A stretch of DNA of 64,000 nucleotides, taken from an uncultured Eggerthellaceae bacterium (GTDB taxonomy: Bacteria; Actinomycetota; Coriobacteriia; Coriobacteriales; Eggerthellaceae). The DNA lies in NCBI GenBank assembly GCA_910588945.1, contig CAJUSF010000066.1, forward strand, positions 5,785 through 69,784, written 5' to 3'. Shown here one piece after another: positions 29,469 through 37,895 of this stretch. A program made the position numbers and the translations under genes. How positions within the stretch are numbered: the stretch's first letter is position 1; every line of letters begins with the position of its first letter. The notes under the pieces are model-generated. The model was not told where the DNA came from, ran no database searches, and was given only the letters and a program-made list of their open reading frames with translations.

Positions 29469-29500
29469 GAAATGATTGCTGAGGTGCTTACAAAGCGAGT
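29469..29500 (+). repeat. truncated family-A repeat (5' third)
   Basis: GAAATGATTGCTGAGGTGCTTACAAAGCGAGT. It is preceded by the same TTTTGTCATC(G/C)GAG flank as the copy at 57046. Confidence 0.7.
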
Positions 29501-29526
29501 CTTGTCTGCTGCACGCGCTAAAGCGG

Positions 29527-31710
29527 CTATGCGACCACTTCCGTGGACTCCACCTCGCCCACATACCAGTTCATGAACTTCTCAAACGTCTTGCGAAGCA
29601 CAAGACCAATAAGCGCCGCCGGAATGATGAACAGCGCAAGCTCTCCCATCTGAATCCAATAATCCCCGTTGAATACCCCAAACATCGCTGAGCGCATCGC
29701 ATTGACAACATGAGTTGCCGGAAGCCACGGACTTAGCGCCTGCACGAACCCGGGCAAAATCTGGAGCGGATACGAACCTCCACAACCTGTCACCTGCATA
29801 ATGAGCAAAATAACCGCAAGCGCTTTACCGAGGTTGGCAAACGCTGTCACCATCGCATCGATCAGGAAGGTAAACACAAGACCGCCGAACCAAAACACCA
29901 ACATAAGCAAAATTGGCTCGACCACTTGGACCTGCAAAAAGAAGATATTTCCCAACCCCATAAGCGTGGTCTGCGAAAGCGAAATCATCCCCATCGTGCA
30001 GAAACGCCCGAAAAACATCTCGCGCGGCTTTGGGTTCGTCATCACTTTCTGCGCAGTCCTTGACACCTTCGGTTTCACGACGACGAGAATCAAAAGCGAC
30101 CCGATAAACATTCCCAAAGCCGAATAGAACGGTGCCATCGCAGAGCCAAAATTGACAGACGCGAAAACCGCATGGCGTTCGATTCCGATAGGCGCTGAAA
30201 GCGCAGATGCCAACACGCTAGCATCTGCCGAGAGCAGATCTTTGAGCTTGTCAATATCCCCTGTGGCAAGCGCCTCGTTTATCGCGGATGCTATATCGCG
30301 CACCTTAGCAGAAGCATCGTGAAGAGTTTCAATCGCCGAATTGATCTTACCGGATGCATCGTCAAGCGCGGAATCGATGGATGATGCCGAACCAAGAAGC
30401 GAGGAGGATGCCCCGTCAAGTCCGTCAAGACTCTTGGAGAGGTTGCCGGCGAATGCGGAGGCGTTATCAGCCAGCTCCTGCAAACCCGGACGTATGGTGT
30501 TATTAAACTCGTTGCGCACGCTGTCGATATTGGCCTTCGCCTCAGCGGCAAGCGCCTTTACCTCCACGTGGGACTGATTGGCATCCGCAACACCGCTCTC
30601 GAGCGCGTCGGCCGCATTCCGCACGCTTCGCTGCATTCCGTCCACCGCATTTGCCGCCGCCCGCATCCTTTGAGCCGCCGCATTGAGTTCCGCGGAATAC
30701 TGCGGCATCGTGGTCGCCAGCGCCTCAAGCGATTGCGCCATGGCGTTGTAGTCGTTTTTCATCGCCTCCATTGAATCGGCCATCGCGCGCAGATCGGAAG
30801 CGGATGCTGTGGCGTTACTGCTTGCTGTGGCAAAGGCATTGTCGATCGTCGAGGATATCTGCGCAAACGAATCGGAAGCCGAATTGAGGGCACCATCCAT
30901 AAGATCAGCCGATGATGACACCGCCTCGCCCAAGCTGCCGACCGCTGCAAGCCCCTCGCCGGCACTTCCGCGCGCGTCATTCACGGCAGACTCCGCAGAC
31001 ACTACAAGCCCCGCACAGTCGGCCACAATCTTTTGCGAAGATGCCACGAGCTTGTCGTAGAGAGAAAGCACCTGCGCCACCCGATCGATACTGTCAGCCA
31101 TCTCATTCACGTGATCGGCCACATCCGCGATCCTGCCATCAACATCCATCTCCTGGGCGTATTTGGCGATCGAATCCGCAATCCCAAGCGAAATCTCAGA
31201 AAGCGTCTTGGCGAACACAGAATTGACCTCGTATGAAATGGTGTCGGCTCCGGTATCGGTTACCTTTGGAGAGATCGCGTTCGACTTCTCGTTGGAGTAA
31301 TAGATTATCTCGGCGTGCTCCATGTCATCGGAATAAAACGTGAGCATATCGTGGCTGAACTGCTTAGGGATGACGATTGCGGCGTAATATTGTCCGCTAC
31401 GAGCACCGTCGATGGCGGCCTGCTCATCACAAAACTCCCAGTCGATTTGATCATTTGCCCGGAGCGCAGAGACCACCTTGTCGCCCACGTTGATCTCTAT
31501 TGGCATAAGGTCGCTCTTGAAACCCTCATCCGTATTAGCCACCGCCACGCGAATGTTTCCAGTGTTATCGAAAACATTCCAGCACGCGATGATGTTGTAC
31601 CAAGCGAAGATCGACGGCATAACGATCAGGCCGATCGCTATTATGCAACTGACCACATTAGAGAACAGGTGCCTGACATCGCTTCGGAAGAGTCGCCAGA
31701 TGTTATTCAT
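29527..31710 (-). CDS. YhgE/Pip domain-containing membrane protein
   Basis: ORF 29527..31731. The ATG at 31710 overlaps the upstream stop by 8 nt. N-terminal TM plus YhgE/Pip N-domain (PSIFAWYNIIACWNVFDNTGNIRVAVANTDEGF). Long Ala/Ser-rich helical ectodomain. C-terminal five-TM YhgE/Pip C-domain. Confidence 0.85.
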   Translation of the reverse strand: MNNIWRLFRSDVRHLFSNVVSCIIAIGLIVMPSIFAWYNIIACWNVFDNTGNIRVAVANTDEGFKSDLMPIEINVGDKVVSALRANDQIDWEFCDEQAAIDGARSGQYYAAIVIPKQFSHDMLTFYSDDMEHAEIIYYSNEKSNAISPKVTDTGADTISYEVNSVFAKTLSEISLGIADSIAKYAQEMDVDGRIADVADHVNEMADSIDRVAQVLSLYDKLVASSQKIVADCAGLVVSAESAVNDARGSAGEGLAAVGSLGEAVSSSADLMDGALNSASDSFAQISSTIDNAFATASSNATASASDLRAMADSMEAMKNDYNAMAQSLEALATTMPQYSAELNAAAQRMRAAANAVDGMQRSVRNAADALESGVADANQSHVEVKALAAEAKANIDSVRNEFNNTIRPGLQELADNASAFAGNLSKSLDGLDGASSSLLGSASSIDSALDDASGKINSAIETLHDASAKVRDIASAINEALATGDIDKLKDLLSADASVLASALSAPIGIERHAVFASVNFGSAMAPFYSALGMFIGSLLILVVVKPKVSRTAQKVMTNPKPREMFFGRFCTMGMISLSQTTLMGLGNIFFLQVQVVEPILLMLVFWFGGLVFTFLIDAMVTAFANLGKALAVILLIMQVTGCGGSYPLQILPGFVQALSPWLPATHVVNAMRSAMFGVFNGDYWIQMGELALFIIPAALIGLVLRKTFEKFMNWYVGEVESTEVVA

Positions 31711-34414
31711 CGTCCGAGCCCTCCTTCGCATCTAAGGCGGCACTCTCGCCCGACGCAGCGCACTCGCCGTCTTGCTTCCGATCGACGCGCTCATGATCCG
31801 CACGCAACTCCTCGCCTGCCCGCGCCCCTTTCATAAAACTCGGAACCACAGCATCTCCAACAGGCTCCATACGATTGCGCTCCAGATACATATGGCGCAG
31901 CTCATCATCGCTCATATCCTCAAGACGCATCTGACGCACGATGCTCGCACGCAGGCTCTCGATGATAACAAGCGCCAAAAACACCAGAACAAGCCATAGA
32001 AGCCACGCGTTGAGCAGAATGATCTTCTCGTTCATGGTGAGAGAGAAAACGACGGTGAAAGCGATCGGAACCACGACTCCGATAACCGCGCACCACTTTA
32101 TCAGCTTCGGATAGATGCGGTTGAAACTCTCGTAGCGCGACTCGAGCGCGCGACGGTATTCGTCCCTGTCTGCAAGCGCGCGCACGACCTGCGAGAGCCT
32201 GTATCGCCGCGCCGGAACCTCCACATTCTCGCCGTTGTAGATGCCGCTCTGTCGAATCTGGCGTGCAACCATCCTGTTGACGTTCGACAGAAACGGCCTA
32301 AGCAAAATCCCAAAAGTCATGAAGATCGCAAAGAATAACGCAAGTATCAAGATGTCGTTCAAATAGTGCATTCCGTAAAAGCCGCATATCGATTCACGCA
32401 TGGCGCTGATACCGTACGTGAACGGCAAAAACGGGTAGACCGCCTGGAAGAACGGCGCCGTCATCTCGATCGGATAAAGACCTGTAGCACCCGGAATCTG
32501 CGCAAACACGAGCACGATGCAGATGCCTTTGCCAATATGCTGAAGCGTCACCGAAAGCGCATAGATGATGCTCAGATACGCTAGCGAAGAGATAATCGCC
32601 GCGAAGAACAGGGCGGGCAGGCTTTGTATCTCCACCCCGATGATCGGCAACCCCGCGCAACAGATCGATGCCTGCAAAATCACCATGATAGCGAACAGCA
32701 AAAAACGCCCAAGATAGCGCTGCGTAAGCGTGAGACACCGGATCCCTTTGCCGTCAACCTCTTGACGCATGATAACCATTAACATGAATGCGCCGATCCA
32801 GAACGTGAGGTTCATGAACAGTGGCGCCATCGCCGCTCCGTAGGCGTTCAACGTATAGAGCTGCTCAGTCACAAGTGTTGTGGGCGAGCCCATAAAATCG
32901 GCGATACGCTGGGCATCCAAACCGTCTGCGGAATCATCGCCCAAAAGTTCGACGATTGCATCCGAGACACCGATCGAAACCACATCAGTACGAATTGTCT
33001 CAAGCTCGGCTTTGAGACCGCCAAGAAGATCGATCGTTTGCGCGAGCGCCTCTTTTGTGATCGAGTTTGTCTCATCCATATCTGAGGTTAGATTGCGAGC
33101 CTGATCAATAAGCGCCTTTTGGGAGTTGATGGATGATCCGGCAGCTGATGATGCAGCCGACAGCGCGCCGAGCGAGTTCTGGATCGAAGGGATCACGGTT
33201 CCAAACAGCGTGTTTGAATAGCCCGCCGCATCGCTTGCCGCCTTCTGAACAGCATCATTCACGGCATTCATGTCATCGAGGGCAGATTGCGTGACCGATG
33301 CGGCGCGATCGTTGGCCTGCTTAAGAATCTCTAGGTTTGCGCTTGCGCGATCGTTGGCGTTTTCAAGTGTTTGGATCGCCTGCAAAAGCTCCGCCTTGCC
33401 ATTCGTTCCATCGGGGATCGAACCGGCAATCTGACGCAAGGATTCTATGGCAGCCTCATTGCCGCTTATGATCGCATTCGCATCACCTATCGCAGCTGAA
33501 ATATCGCCTTGCGCTACCCCTGCCGCCTGTGCAAGATCAGCAGCGGTCTCGGCCGCTTTTGCGGATGTCTGCGAAATGAGTTGAATACTTTGATTCACAG
33601 CCGGCATCGCCTGGCCCGAAAGCTTCGAAAGGTCAGATTGAAGCGACGAAGACAGCGAGGATATCGTGCTAAGCGAATCGGCCGCCTCATCAATGGCAGA
33701 TTGCGCAGAGCCTAAAGAGTTCCTTGCGCCTGCAATCTTTTCGCCCATAGATTCCGCTGCACCCTGCAGATCCTGCATGGATGAGGTAACTTCATCGACA
33801 TGATTTATCGCATCACCAAGGCGCGCCGCGACCAGCGACTGACGCTCCTCGCTACGATCACGCGATTGATCCATTGCGGTATCTATCGCCTCAACCGCCT
33901 TTTCGCTCACCGTTTTCACGAAAGTGGAGTTGATCGTCTCATCAAGGGTTGTCGCACCCGAGTCGGTGATCTTAGGCGCAACGGGACCCGCCTTCTCGTT
34001 CACGTAATAATCGATATCGGGCTTTTGGAAATCTCCCGTTGTTATAGTAAGAAGCTTCTCCGTAAAATCCTCAGGGATCACAAATACCGCATAGACATTG
34101 CCCGATTCCAGCTGAAACATCGCGTCATCGTAGCTGGAAAAACCCCACTCGAGCTGGTCGTTTTCCTTCAGAGCATCCACTATAAGATCGCCAACGTCGA
34201 TCTGTCCTGTAAGTTCGCTAGATGCACCCTTATCATCGTTTACCACCTCCACGCGCAAATCGCCCGTGTTTTGATATGGATTCCAAAAACCGATGACGTT
34301 GTACCAAGTGTAGACGGAAGGCAGGATCAAAAGAGCAACCACAACGACGATAGCCGGCGGCACTTTGAGCAGTCGCAAGATATCACGTTTCAGGATGTGA
34401 AGGACGTTCCTCAT
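31703..34414 (-). CDS. YhgE/Pip domain-containing membrane protein with an extra C-terminal two-TM/cytoplasmic extension
   Basis: 903 aa. N-terminal PSVYTWYNVIGFWNPYQNTGDLRVEVVNDDKG. Helical Ala/Ser-rich ectodomain and a C-terminal TM bundle. A further ~190 aa tail follows (two TM segments, then an acidic end). Confidence 0.85.
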   Translation of the reverse strand: MRNVLHILKRDILRLLKVPPAIVVVVALLILPSVYTWYNVIGFWNPYQNTGDLRVEVVNDDKGASSELTGQIDVGDLIVDALKENDQLEWGFSSYDDAMFQLESGNVYAVFVIPEDFTEKLLTITTGDFQKPDIDYYVNEKAGPVAPKITDSGATTLDETINSTFVKTVSEKAVEAIDTAMDQSRDRSEERQSLVAARLGDAINHVDEVTSSMQDLQGAAESMGEKIAGARNSLGSAQSAIDEAADSLSTISSLSSSLQSDLSKLSGQAMPAVNQSIQLISQTSAKAAETAADLAQAAGVAQGDISAAIGDANAIISGNEAAIESLRQIAGSIPDGTNGKAELLQAIQTLENANDRASANLEILKQANDRAASVTQSALDDMNAVNDAVQKAASDAAGYSNTLFGTVIPSIQNSLGALSAASSAAGSSINSQKALIDQARNLTSDMDETNSITKEALAQTIDLLGGLKAELETIRTDVVSIGVSDAIVELLGDDSADGLDAQRIADFMGSPTTLVTEQLYTLNAYGAAMAPLFMNLTFWIGAFMLMVIMRQEVDGKGIRCLTLTQRYLGRFLLFAIMVILQASICCAGLPIIGVEIQSLPALFFAAIISSLAYLSIIYALSVTLQHIGKGICIVLVFAQIPGATGLYPIEMTAPFFQAVYPFLPFTYGISAMRESICGFYGMHYLNDILILALFFAIFMTFGILLRPFLSNVNRMVARQIRQSGIYNGENVEVPARRYRLSQVVRALADRDEYRRALESRYESFNRIYPKLIKWCAVIGVVVPIAFTVVFSLTMNEKIILLNAWLLWLVLVFLALVIIESLRASIVRQMRLEDMSDDELRHMYLERNRMEPVGDAVVPSFMKGARAGEELRADHERVDRKQDGECAASGESAALDAKEGSDDE

Positions 34415-34598
34415 TTCACCATAGCGCCGAAGCGTTCATCCCTCCTTAGCATCTTTTCGCTCTGCTCGCTCCTCTGGTTTTCGCTATGTGAAATGATAGC
34501 CTTTTTGCATCCGGATTTTTCACTTTTTTACTGACGCGTAATTTAGCGTGAAACCCTGCAGACAGATCAACCAAACGAGGCAATGCTGCAGGTCAACC

Positions 34599-34681
34599 GT
34601 AGGTGCGCATGCGCCCTTCATGCGCACGCGTCACATTCCCAACCATGCAATTGCGCGCATCAAAATCGGATGCGCGCCTAC
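34599..34681. repeat. REPIN-like inverted REP doublet (83 bp)
   Basis: GTAGGTGCGCATG-CGCCCTT-CATGCGCAC ... GCGCGCATC-AAAATCG-GATGCGCGCCTAC. Confidence 0.85.
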
Positions 34682-34729
34682 GTTGTTCTCAATTCTTGGT
34701 ACCAATAATGGCAATCTCACAAGTCACCC

Positions 34730-34845
34730 GTAGGTGCGCATGCGTTTTTCATGCGCACGTTTTGTATCGCGGGTCCGGGTTTCATGCGTACATGCCACAT
34801 TGCCAACCCGGAAATTGCGCGCATCAAAATCGGATGCGCGCCTAC
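34730..34845. repeat. REPIN-like inverted REP doublet (116 bp)
   Basis: GTAGGTGCGCATG-CGTTTTT-CATGCGCAC ... GCGCGCATC-AAAATCG-GATGCGCGCCTAC. The internal CACATTGCCAACC..AATTGCGCGC segment is shared with the copy at 34599. Confidence 0.85.
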
Positions 34846-34974
34846 TTTGCGTTTCGGTTGGAATAGGCAATGTAACATTATTGCCGAAGTCGCATTTATG
34901 GGACACCCGTTAACCTCCATAGGCGCGCGATGCGCTACAATGCCATCTATAAGGTAAACGAAGCGGAGGTCGTC

Positions 34975-35955
34975 ATGCCCAACAACAGCAAATCGAAGCT
35001 GAAACTTCTCTACATCAAGCGCATCCTTGAAGAAGAGACAGATTCCGAGCACGGCCTTACGATGAACGAGCTAATATCTCGCCTGAATGATCATGACATC
35101 CCGGCTGAGCGCAAAGGCGTCTATCGCGACATCAAAACCCTTCGCAACTTCGGCGTCGACATTCAAACCTACCAGCGCAACCCCGTTGAATACGCCATAG
35201 CAAGTCGTGATTTCTCGCTATCGGAGCTGATGCTTTTGGTAGATGCTGTCGAGTCGTGCAAATTCCTTACGAAACGTCAGGCTGGGTCGCTTATAGCGAA
35301 TCTCAAACTGCTCGCTAGCGACCACGAACGTGCTCTGCTCGAGCGCCACATCCATGTCTGTGGGCGCATCAGATCGAAAAGCGACAGCGTCTTCGGCTGC
35401 ATCGACGACATCCACGAAGCAATGCGCAGGCGTAACAAGGTTGAATTCCAGTATTACAAATACGGAATCGACGGCAAGAGATACGCGACACATGGCGGCA
35501 AGGCACACGTGGTAACTCCGGTCGGAATCACTTTTTCAGACGGGTATTACTACCTTACAGCTTGGAACGACGAGCACGACTCGATGAGCGAGTTCCGCAT
35601 CGACCGCATGGAAAAGCTGATCGTATCCGACGAAAAAGCGACCAAGAACGAACAGATTTCTGAGCACACCTATACTGCAGATGAATACGAGAGCTTCAAC
35701 CGATTTGGCGGCGATGAGACTGCCGCAACGCTTCTTGTGGATGGCGACAAGGTGGAGATCATCATGGACCGTTTTGGGGATAGAGCCGACATCTTCCCTC
35801 AAGACGATGACACCGCGAAAGCTGTCGTGAAGATCCGCAAGTCCGAGCCATTCTTCGGATGGGTGGCCGGCCTTGGTGGCACCGTGCGCATCGCCGAGCC
35901 GAAAAGTCTCAAGGAGGAATATCGCGCTTACCTCCAAAAGCTTTTGGACGAGTAG
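34975..35955 (+). CDS. WYL domain-containing transcriptional regulator (HTH-WYL)
   Basis: ORF 34930..35955. The ATG at 34975 follows GCGGAGG. N-terminal winged HTH (KLKLLYIKRILEEETDSEHGLTMNELISRL). Central WYL-type region (VEFQYYKYGIDGKRY...VVTPVGITFSDGYYYLTAWNDEHDSMSEFRIDRM). Confidence 0.85.
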   Translation: MPNNSKSKLKLLYIKRILEEETDSEHGLTMNELISRLNDHDIPAERKGVYRDIKTLRNFGVDIQTYQRNPVEYAIASRDFSLSELMLLVDAVESCKFLTKRQAGSLIANLKLLASDHERALLERHIHVCGRIRSKSDSVFGCIDDIHEAMRRRNKVEFQYYKYGIDGKRYATHGGKAHVVTPVGITFSDGYYYLTAWNDEHDSMSEFRIDRMEKLIVSDEKATKNEQISEHTYTADEYESFNRFGGDETAATLLVDGDKVEIIMDRFGDRADIFPQDDDTAKAVVKIRKSEPFFGWVAGLGGTVRIAEPKSLKEEYRAYLQKLLDE

Positions 35956-35971
35956 CGTACAGACCGAATCT

Positions 35972-36376
35972 TCAAGGGATGTGCCATCGGTCTGCAACCT
36001 GTGTTGCGAAACCGCCTATGATGCTGACCAGTTCCGCCTCCTTGAAGCTTTCGCCAACATATGCGCTCAAATGGTTCGTTGGAAGCCAACAGAAACATTC
36101 GTTACCGCGATATGGCGTACCGCCTACATCACATATGACCGTCGTATCAACCGCGCCTTCGTATAGCTGCGCCGGGCCTTCGATCAGAAGATCATCCGTC
36201 TCAAAGCGAATGAGCACGGGTGAGTCTTTTACCCACCGCTTCTCGTAACAATCCCAAACGCAAAAGATATCCGCAATGCATTCATCTGCGAAATTCTTCG
36301 CCACGTCCCCCACAACCTTGGAAGGCCCGCGATCCACGATCGGAATATGATTCTCTGTCTTCTCATTCATCTTCAC
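35972..36376 (-). CDS. hypothetical protein
   Basis: 134-aa ORF. AGGTGAAG RBS before the ATG at 36376. No motif recognised. Confidence 0.5.
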   Translation of the reverse strand: MKMNEKTENHIPIVDRGPSKVVGDVAKNFADECIADIFCVWDCYEKRWVKDSPVLIRFETDDLLIEGPAQLYEGAVDTTVICDVGGTPYRGNECFCWLPTNHLSAYVGESFKEAELVSIIGGFATQVADRWHIP

Positions 36377-36623
36377 CTAGCAATCTCTCTCGGTTCTTAT
36401 GTTTTTGACAGAATACAGCGGTGCGGCAGATTTGCAGCCCCTGATATGGGACACTCAGCAAGGTTTTTGAAATGTTACGAGCTGCCGCAGGAGCCAAATT
36501 CTCTGGCCCGGGATCCAGCACGCACAAAGTTAGCGACACTTTGTCGTATAAAGGATATAATGCATGGACCGGCTACATAACAGATTTCACGCACCTAAGC
36601 GGCCGAATCATCGAGGAGGACTC

Positions 36624-37883
36624 ATGCTTAAAAACGATTTTCTAGGGGAAGATGTCGCACGCCTTGGATTCGGTGCAATGCGCCTTCCGGTGATAGATGG
36701 CAACACGGAAGCGATCGACCGCAAGCAACTCGATGAGATGGTTGATGCCGCCATAGCTGCCGGCGTGAACTACTTCGACACAGCCTACCCATACCACGGG
36801 GGAATGTCCGAGATCGCGCTCAGTAAGTCGCTCTCGCGCTACCCGCGTGATTCCTATCTGCTCGCAACGAAATATCCGGGACATCAGATAGCTGACACCT
36901 ATGATCCGGCGCCCATCTTCGAAGAGCAGCTTAAAAAATGCAACGTCGAGTATTTCGACTTCTATTTGTTGCACAACATCTACGAAGCATCGATCGATGT
37001 GTACACAGACGAACATTGGGGAATCGCCGACTATTTCGTCGAGCAGAAAAAGAACGGGCGTATCCACCATCTCGGATTCTCCTGCCATGGAAGGACCGAG
37101 ACTTTGGCGGCCTATCTTGACTACGGTGCGCGAAAATATGCCGAACTTAAGGCGCGTGACCCTGAGGCAGCGGCCTTGTTCTCAGGCAACAACATCATGG
37201 AATTCTGCCAGATCCAGATGAATTATCTGGACTGGACGCTGCAAGATGCAGCCAGCAAGACAACACTTTTGGAAGATGCTGGCATCCCGATCATCGTCAT
37301 GGAACCGCTGCGCGGTGGCAAGCTTGCAAATCTCAGCACAGAGCAGATGAAGATACTCGATGATGCATGCGACTCCAACGCGAAGCTAAGCGCAGCAGAT
37401 TGGTCGTTTCGATGGCTACAGAATATCCAGAGCGTGAAAGTGATCCTCAGCGGAATGTCGAGCGTAGGTCAGGTTGAAGAAAACTGCCGCATCTTTCAAG
37501 AGCAGCACCCGCTCACGCAGGCACAAGAGGGCGCTCTTAGAGAAATGGCCGAATCGCTTAAGAGCGGCGTTCCATGCACAGCCTGCAGGTACTGCATCGA
37601 TTCGTGCCCTCAAAAGATCGACATCCCCATGATGCTCTCAACATTCAACGACATGCAGTTCGACGCCAGTTTCACGGTCTCGATGCAGATGGATGCGGTA
37701 CCGCAAGGACAGCGCGCCGCGGATTGCATCGCGTGCGGAGCATGCACAAGAATGTGTCCGCAAGGGATCGATGTCCCCGATACACTGGCGAAATTGGCCG
37801 CTACTTTGGAGAAGATGCCGAAGTGGGAAGACCTTTGTCGTGAACGCGCAAAAGCCGCCGCTAAGATTCGCGATGCGAAGTAA
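36624..37883 (+). CDS. aldo/keto reductase fused to a C-terminal 2x[4Fe-4S] ferredoxin domain
   Basis: ORF 36564..37883. The ATG at 36624 follows GAGGAGGA. AKR blocks GFGAMRLP and YFDTAYPYHGGMSE. C-terminal CTACRYCIDSCP and CIACGACTRMCP. Confidence 0.9.
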   Translation: MLKNDFLGEDVARLGFGAMRLPVIDGNTEAIDRKQLDEMVDAAIAAGVNYFDTAYPYHGGMSEIALSKSLSRYPRDSYLLATKYPGHQIADTYDPAPIFEEQLKKCNVEYFDFYLLHNIYEASIDVYTDEHWGIADYFVEQKKNGRIHHLGFSCHGRTETLAAYLDYGARKYAELKARDPEAAALFSGNNIMEFCQIQMNYLDWTLQDAASKTTLLEDAGIPIIVMEPLRGGKLANLSTEQMKILDDACDSNAKLSAADWSFRWLQNIQSVKVILSGMSSVGQVEENCRIFQEQHPLTQAQEGALREMAESLKSGVPCTACRYCIDSCPQKIDIPMMLSTFNDMQFDASFTVSMQMDAVPQGQRAADCIACGACTRMCPQGIDVPDTLAKLAATLEKMPKWEDLCRERAKAAAKIRDAK

Positions 37884-37895
37884 GGCTAGTTGCTT

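Noticed and set aside
27781-34414. Prophage or integrative element, suggested by the AAA ATPase and the 'phage infection protein' family genes.
   Set aside because: No integrase, recombinase, capsid, terminase or tRNA attachment site is visible. YhgE/Pip proteins are host membrane proteins.
33800-34534. 244-aa plus-strand ORF.
   Set aside because: It is antisense to the N-terminal YhgE/Pip domain, which has a strong family signature on the minus strand.
34548-35052. Short ORFs with recurring peptides (GAHAPFMRT, NVRMKNACAPT), also seen near 17407-17637 and 56627-57200.
   Set aside because: The recurrence comes from translating REP hairpins in different frames. The repeats are palindromic and intergenic, not coding.
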